Translations under genes and position numbers: made by a program
The notes under the pieces: model-generated
Database searches by the model: none
Told to the model about the DNA's origin: nothing
What the model saw: the letters and a program-made list of their open reading frames with translations, nothing else
NCBI GenBank assembly: GCA_964603945.1
Contig: CAZRWP010000002.1
Coordinates: 59,527 to 119,888 of the forward strand
Direction: 5' to 3'
Source: an uncultured Pseudomonadales bacterium
Lineage (GTDB): Bacteria; Patescibacteriota; Microgenomatia; UBA1400; UBA1396
Length of the DNA stretch: 60,362 nt
Part shown: positions 56,219 through 60,362 of the stretch, one piece after another
How positions within the stretch are numbered: position 1 is the stretch's first letter
How the letters are laid out: every line of letters begins with the position of its first letter

Positions 56219-57061
56219 ATGGAAAAATTATCAGCAGATTTTTGGTTAACAAGCATTTCTCAATCAAAAAAGATTTTCATGGTTGCATCTTCTCTTACCA
56301 TTATAGTCTTACTCATGGTAATAGGCTGGTATAAATATCTCAATCAGCCAAACTTTCAAATTTCCGGTGCTCCGCCATACGGCGAATCAGAATCGGAAAT
56401 TCCTCCGCTAACTTCCTGGGAAGAAATTCGGCGACACTGGGTGCGGCCTTCTGGACCGCCGAAGGTAGCTTTGCAGATTGGTCACTTGGACAATGACGAA
56501 GTGCCGGAGGAGCTGAAAAATATCAGAGGCAATACTGGCGCCATGGCGGCCGGTTATACCGAAGTTGAGGTCAATCAGATAATTGCTAATCTGACGGCTG
56601 ATCTGCTCAAGGAAAAAGGTATTGTGGTGGAAATTTTACCAGCTACGATTCCGCCTGACTACTGGGCAGATGTCTTTATTGCGATTCACGCTGATGGCAG
56701 TCTGGACACCGCCACCAGCGGCTATAAAATGGCGGCGCCTTGGCGGGATTTAACCGGCAAGGCGAATCAATTAGTTTCTAAATTGGAAGAAAGCTACGGC
56801 GCCGCCACCAATCTGGTCAAGGACGACAACATCACGCGAAACATGCGTGGGTATTATGCCTTTGCCTGGTGGCGTTATGAGCATAGCCTCCATCCAATGA
56901 CAACAGCGGCGATTGTTGAAACTGGTTTTCTGACTAATCCACAAGACCGGCGTCTGATCGTGGATCAACCGGAGTTGTCTGCCAAAGCCATAGCCGATGG
57001 CATTATGGAATTTTTATCTGAAGAAGATTTGTTGATTCACGCTGACAGTGCCAGCGGATAA
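56219..57061 (+). CDS. N-acetylmuramoyl-L-alanine amidase (Amidase_3-like), membrane anchored
   Basis: TM anchor then an Amidase_3-like pattern (VALQIGH..., DVFIAIHADGS, ETGFLTNPQDRRLI). Confidence 0.65.
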   Translation: MEKLSADFWLTSISQSKKIFMVASSLTIIVLLMVIGWYKYLNQPNFQISGAPPYGESESEIPPLTSWEEIRRHWVRPSGPPKVALQIGHLDNDEVPEELKNIRGNTGAMAAGYTEVEVNQIIANLTADLLKEKGIVVEILPATIPPDYWADVFIAIHADGSLDTATSGYKMAAPWRDLTGKANQLVSKLEESYGAATNLVKDDNITRNMRGYYAFAWWRYEHSLHPMTTAAIVETGFLTNPQDRRLIVDQPELSAKAIADGIMEFLSEEDLLIHADSASG

Positions 57062-57081
57062 AGTACGAATTTGAAGGTTTG

Positions 57082-57167
57082 AAGGATCATCCTTGCGTTT
57101 AGTTTCCTCAAGAAGGATCATCCTAGGATGATCCTTCCAGGCAAGAGGATGGGCAAGGATGATCCTT
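57082..57167. repeat. array of four 13-bp palindromes AAGGAT(C/G)ATCCTT, including a 26-bp perfect palindrome
   Basis: AAGGATCATCCTT at 57082-57094. GAAGGATCATCCTAGGATGATCCTTC at 57112-57137. AAGGATGATCCTT at 57155-57167. The array is mirror-symmetric about 57124/57125 and lies between two convergent genes. Confidence 0.85.
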
Positions 57168-57183
57168 CTCTTTGTTTAAAAAA

Positions 57184-58425
57184 TTAATCTACAAAAGTCA
57201 GCGCTTTGCCGATCTTGCCGGCACGGCCGGTGCGGCCAATGCGGTGAATGTAGTCGTCGTAGGTCATAGGTTCATCAAAATTGATTACGTGAGTCACGTC
57301 GTCTATGTCAATACCTCTGGCGGCTACATCAGTAGCTAACAAAGCTTGAACTCTGCCCTGCTTAAAGTTTTGCAGAGCTCGCTGTCGGGCGTTTTGGCTT
57401 TTGTTGCCGTGGATTGAGCTGACACGAATGCCATACTTATCCAGTTTTTGCTCCAACTTGTTAATACCGTGCTTGGTGCGACCAAAAACGATAACTTTAG
57501 GGAATTCATTTTCTTTAATCAACATTTCATACAAAATGTCAGCTTTATTTTGACCAGGCTTGATTCTAACCATGTCCTGCTCAATATTAGAGAGAGACTC
57601 CTGCTTCTTAACGCTGATCTTGATTGGATTATCAGATAGCTGACGCATAATCGCTTCTGTATCGCGATTCATGGTAGCGCTAAAGAAAGCCGCATGACGC
57701 TGGCGAGGCAGGTGAGAGATGATAAAGGTAATATCAGGTCTAAAGCCGATATCCAGCATGCGGTCAACTTCGTCTAAAACAATGTTAGAGAAGAGTTCAG
57801 TTTTTAAATTGCCACGATTGATCAAATCTTTCAAGCGTCCTGGTGTACCAATAACAAAATGTGGATTGTTCCGTAATCTTGAAATTTGGGCATTTATATT
57901 CATGCCACCAATACAAAGAGCATTTCCTAAACGCAAGCCGACTGTAAAAGCCTGCAGTTCTTCAAAAATCTGCAAAGCTAATTCACGAGTTGGAGTAACG
58001 ATTAAAACACCCTGATCTTGATCAAGTAATAGTTTATTAATCAGTGGTAGTAAAAAGGCGGCGGTTTTGCCGGTGCCAGTGTTAGCGATGCCAACCACAT
58101 CCTGACCGTTCATCAGAACTGGGATAGCCTGATCTTGAATGGGAGTTGGCTCGGTGTAGCCGTGACGAGTCACGTTAGATAGAAGTTTAGGCAGTAAGCC
58201 AAAATCAGCAAATGAATTTTGTGGCTGATAAATTTTTTCAGCCTGAACTTCAACCGGACCACTTACATACTGAGCGGGATTGATGTTTGAGCGCTGGGCT
58301 CCATATTTGAATCTACCTTTAGATCCACGAAAGGAGTTGCGTTGAGACCCTCGATTGAACGAGCGCGATGAGTTAGAGCGTGAGGCACCAGAAGTGCGAC
58401 CACGCCTATTGAATGAATAGGACAT
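57184..58425 (-). CDS. DEAD-box ATP-dependent RNA helicase
   Basis: Q-motif region (FADFGL...GYTEPTPIQ), motif I NTGTGKTAAF, motif II DEVD(RML), SAT, and motif VI HRIGRTGRAG. N-terminal R/S/G-rich extension. Start set at ATG 58425, with AAGGAA just upstream; the track start is TTG 58473. Confidence 0.92.
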   Translation of the reverse strand: MSYSFNRRGRTSGASRSNSSRSFNRGSQRNSFRGSKGRFKYGAQRSNINPAQYVSGPVEVQAEKIYQPQNSFADFGLLPKLLSNVTRHGYTEPTPIQDQAIPVLMNGQDVVGIANTGTGKTAAFLLPLINKLLLDQDQGVLIVTPTRELALQIFEELQAFTVGLRLGNALCIGGMNINAQISRLRNNPHFVIGTPGRLKDLINRGNLKTELFSNIVLDEVDRMLDIGFRPDITFIISHLPRQRHAAFFSATMNRDTEAIMRQLSDNPIKISVKKQESLSNIEQDMVRIKPGQNKADILYEMLIKENEFPKVIVFGRTKHGINKLEQKLDKYGIRVSSIHGNKSQNARQRALQNFKQGRVQALLATDVAARGIDIDDVTHVINFDEPMTYDDYIHRIGRTGRAGKIGKALTFVD

Positions 58426-58503
58426 ATTTCCTTGTTTTGATTTAGTCGCGGAGAGAATCGCATCTTCCGCCAAACGTAGGGGAATTTCTAACCGAAGTCC
58501 TGA

Positions 58504-58532
58504 ATTATAGCAGAGCGGATGTTATAAAGCAA
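58504..58532 (-). promoter_or_regulatory. sigma70-type promoter upstream of the DEAD-box helicase gene
   Basis: TTGCTT (58532..58527), a 17-nt spacer, then TATAAT (58509..58504) on the minus strand. Predicts a ~75-nt 5' UTR. Confidence 0.45.
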
Positions 58533-58623
58533 TTTTCCTACCCCACTTGCCAGGCATAATAGCGTCATAAGACTTGTTTAGACATGAGTTAAGTGGCTAA
58601 TAAAATGTAAAGTCAGGCTTGGT

Positions 58624-59145
58624 TTAATTGCCTTTGGGCAGACTTTCGCAGGCTTCGCCATCTTTGTCGCCGTCCAGGCGGTTAACATCGTTATTAGTGC
58701 CGCCAACCTTGAGGAAAAAGTTTTGAGCTTCTGGTTGAGTGGCAAAATCACTGCAGTTATAGTCATCTGCTTCTTTGCCTTTAGAAGGGTCGGTCGTGAT
58801 CTCGCCAAATTTATCAAACAGGAAATTGCCAGAATCATCTCTGACGATCTTTGACTCTTCTAACGATCTGGTTTCCCAAAGAGTGCCTAAATCCCAATCA
58901 TTTTCTGTCACTTCCAAGCCTAAAGCGGCTAGTAAAGTAATAAAGATAATTACCAGAGCAATTCTGGCTTTTTCCCAGACAAAAAATAAAATGGCAACAA
59001 TTGCCAGTAATACTAAAATTACACCGAGACGAACCTTCTTATTTCCCCGTAGCTGCTGCAATTTGGAGGGCTCTTTAGTTTGCTTGACCTTAGTTGCTGG
59101 TTGATTTTCTTCCTGGTTTGGGGTGGAATCATTTACTTTAGCCAT
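58624..59145 (-). CDS. membrane-anchored excalibur calcium-binding domain protein
   Basis: The C-terminal sequence [41 protein letters not shown] matches the excalibur motif (DxDxDGxxCE). Central TM helices. Confidence 0.8.
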   Translation of the reverse strand: MAKVNDSTPNQEENQPATKVKQTKEPSKLQQLRGNKKVRLGVILVLLAIVAILFFVWEKARIALVIIFITLLAALGLEVTENDWDLGTLWETRSLEESKIVRDDSGNFLFDKFGEITTDPSKGKEADDYNCSDFATQPEAQNFFLKVGGTNNDVNRLDGDKDGEACESLPKGN

Positions 59146-59250
59146 AATCAGATTGTAGGATTGTTAGAAAGATTAATCAATAGAGTTTTTGTTTATATCA
59201 AGCAAAAAAAGTCTTGCTTTATCTATCTAAGCATTCCATACTAATTCCAT

Positions 59251-59721
59251 ATGAAAGACATATATAAGTTAGTTATTTCCGTGGTTGGTTGTGAGCTAGT
59301 TGGATTACTCGGCACCCCTTTTACCATCAACTCAATTGCTGAATGGTATGTTTACCTAGAAAAGCCGTTTTTTGCTCCACCTAATTGGTTATTTGCCCCT
59401 GCTTGGACTCTGCTCTATTTTCTAATGGGTGTGTCAGTATATTTAATTTGGCGGCAAGTTTGGAAGCGGCCGGAAGTTAAGGGGGCTATTAAAGTATTTC
59501 TGGCTCAGCTGATGCTGAATTTTCTTTGGTCACCGATGTTTTTTGGCCTAAGGTCGCCTGAGCTGGGCTTAATTAACATCATTGTGATGTGGATCATGAT
59601 TGTACTGACGATGCGGAAGTTTTATCCACTGTCTAAAACCGCTTTTTATCTGCTTGTGCCTTATATTGCTTGGGTCAGTTTCGCTACCCTGCTGAACGCT
59701 TCAATAGTTGTGTTGAATTAA
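59251..59721 (+). CDS. tspO: TspO/MBR-family tryptophan-rich sensory protein
   Basis: Five TM helices. Motifs KPFFAPPNWLFAPAWTLLYFLMG, WSPMFFG and YIAWVSFATLLN. Confidence 0.85.
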   Translation: MKDIYKLVISVVGCELVGLLGTPFTINSIAEWYVYLEKPFFAPPNWLFAPAWTLLYFLMGVSVYLIWRQVWKRPEVKGAIKVFLAQLMLNFLWSPMFFGLRSPELGLINIIVMWIMIVLTMRKFYPLSKTAFYLLVPYIAWVSFATLLNASIVVLN

Positions 59722-59732
59722 GCTAAAACTAT

Positions 59733-60341
59733 ATGCCGATTCATACTTACATATTTAACTTATCTGAAGATGTTTGGCCGTTTATCGCGGCCTTGTCAGC
59801 TAGCGCCCGTGAAGCAGAAATCCAGGAAAATGCTTGGCTTTCTGACAGGGAGTTTATAGGTCTACGAGCCGAGCAGGCTGGCCAAGCGGTACAAATGCTA
59901 ACCCCTCATCAGCCGCCGTCCGAATTTTCTAACTTTCTTGACTCGCTAATTCCGGGTAGTACCGAGTCCATTGTTCCAGAAGTTCACAGCGGCCAGATTT
60001 CGCTGGATGCTTTAAATAATGAGACTGTTCTTAACAAGTTAGCTGAATCTGCTACCATTTCGGCTTACTGCCCATCAACTGCGGTATATAGGTTAGTGTC
60101 CAAGCTGACTGATCGTGGTGCAGCACCTGTGCTAGCCGATCTCCCCTCCCCGTCTAGTTGGGAACAGGTGTCTGCCTTTAGTTCCAAAGATGGGTTTAGG
60201 AAATTAATTGAGAGTTTGAACTTGCCTAACCTGACCCTTTCGCCTGGCGAGGTTTTTGACGATTTTGAGACCGCCGTGGAAGCGGCGGGCCGGCCGGCCG
60301 CCCGGGCCCGGGGGGGGTGGCAAAACCCGCAAAGTGTGTGA
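59733..60341 (+). CDS. hypothetical protein (3' end unreliable)
   Basis: 202-aa ORF with no motif. Its last ~15 codons run into GC homopolymer-rich contig-end sequence, so the real C-terminus is uncertain. Confidence 0.4.
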   Translation: MPIHTYIFNLSEDVWPFIAALSASAREAEIQENAWLSDREFIGLRAEQAGQAVQMLTPHQPPSEFSNFLDSLIPGSTESIVPEVHSGQISLDALNNETVLNKLAESATISAYCPSTAVYRLVSKLTDRGAAPVLADLPSPSSWEQVSAFSSKDGFRKLIESLNLPNLTLSPGEVFDDFETAVEAAGRPAARARGGWQNPQSV

Positions 60342-60362
60342 AGGTTTGTGGGGGGGGTATTT

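Overview
Dense, moderately AT-rich bacterial chromosomal window that reads in the standard genetic code. I support about 62 CDS and saw no rRNA, tRNA, CRISPR array, transposase, integrase or phage genes. Housekeeping anchors are trpS, typA/bipA, pheS-pheT, hflX, a DEAD-box helicase, PolX and pyrE-pyrF. There is also a fermentative module: pflB, pflA, an ADP-forming acetyl-CoA synthetase and a small CoA-binding protein. The rest is mostly small secreted or membrane proteins and DUF-type proteins: two sortase-fold proteins, a PKD surface protein, DUF2207, a CAP domain protein, an LCP protein, CapA, an excalibur domain protein, TspO and VKOR. There is also a PAS histidine kinase with two response regulators. 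This content, together with a PheT that lacks its OB-fold domain, suggests a reduced-genome uncultivated bacterium, possibly Patescibacteria/CPR; that is inference only. I found no recognisable defence island or mobile island. The strongest non-coding observations are these. (1) A canonical T-box antiterminator/terminator leader lies upstream of trpS, with the UGG codon apparently presented in a minimal hairpin. (2) A TAnnnT -10-like hexamer sits exactly 6 nt (10 genes) or 7-9 nt (7 genes) upstream of the start codon, implying widespread leaderless transcription. (3) Two direct copies of a ~175-180 bp element with terminal inverted repeats and a double palindrome exactly fill the intergenic gaps on either side of pflA-acd. 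(4) Four 13-bp palindromes form a symmetric array between convergent genes. A tight four-gene operon containing an eRF1-like (baeRF-type) protein is the most interesting protein-level candidate. Both contig ends are low-complexity sequence and look like assembly or read artefacts.
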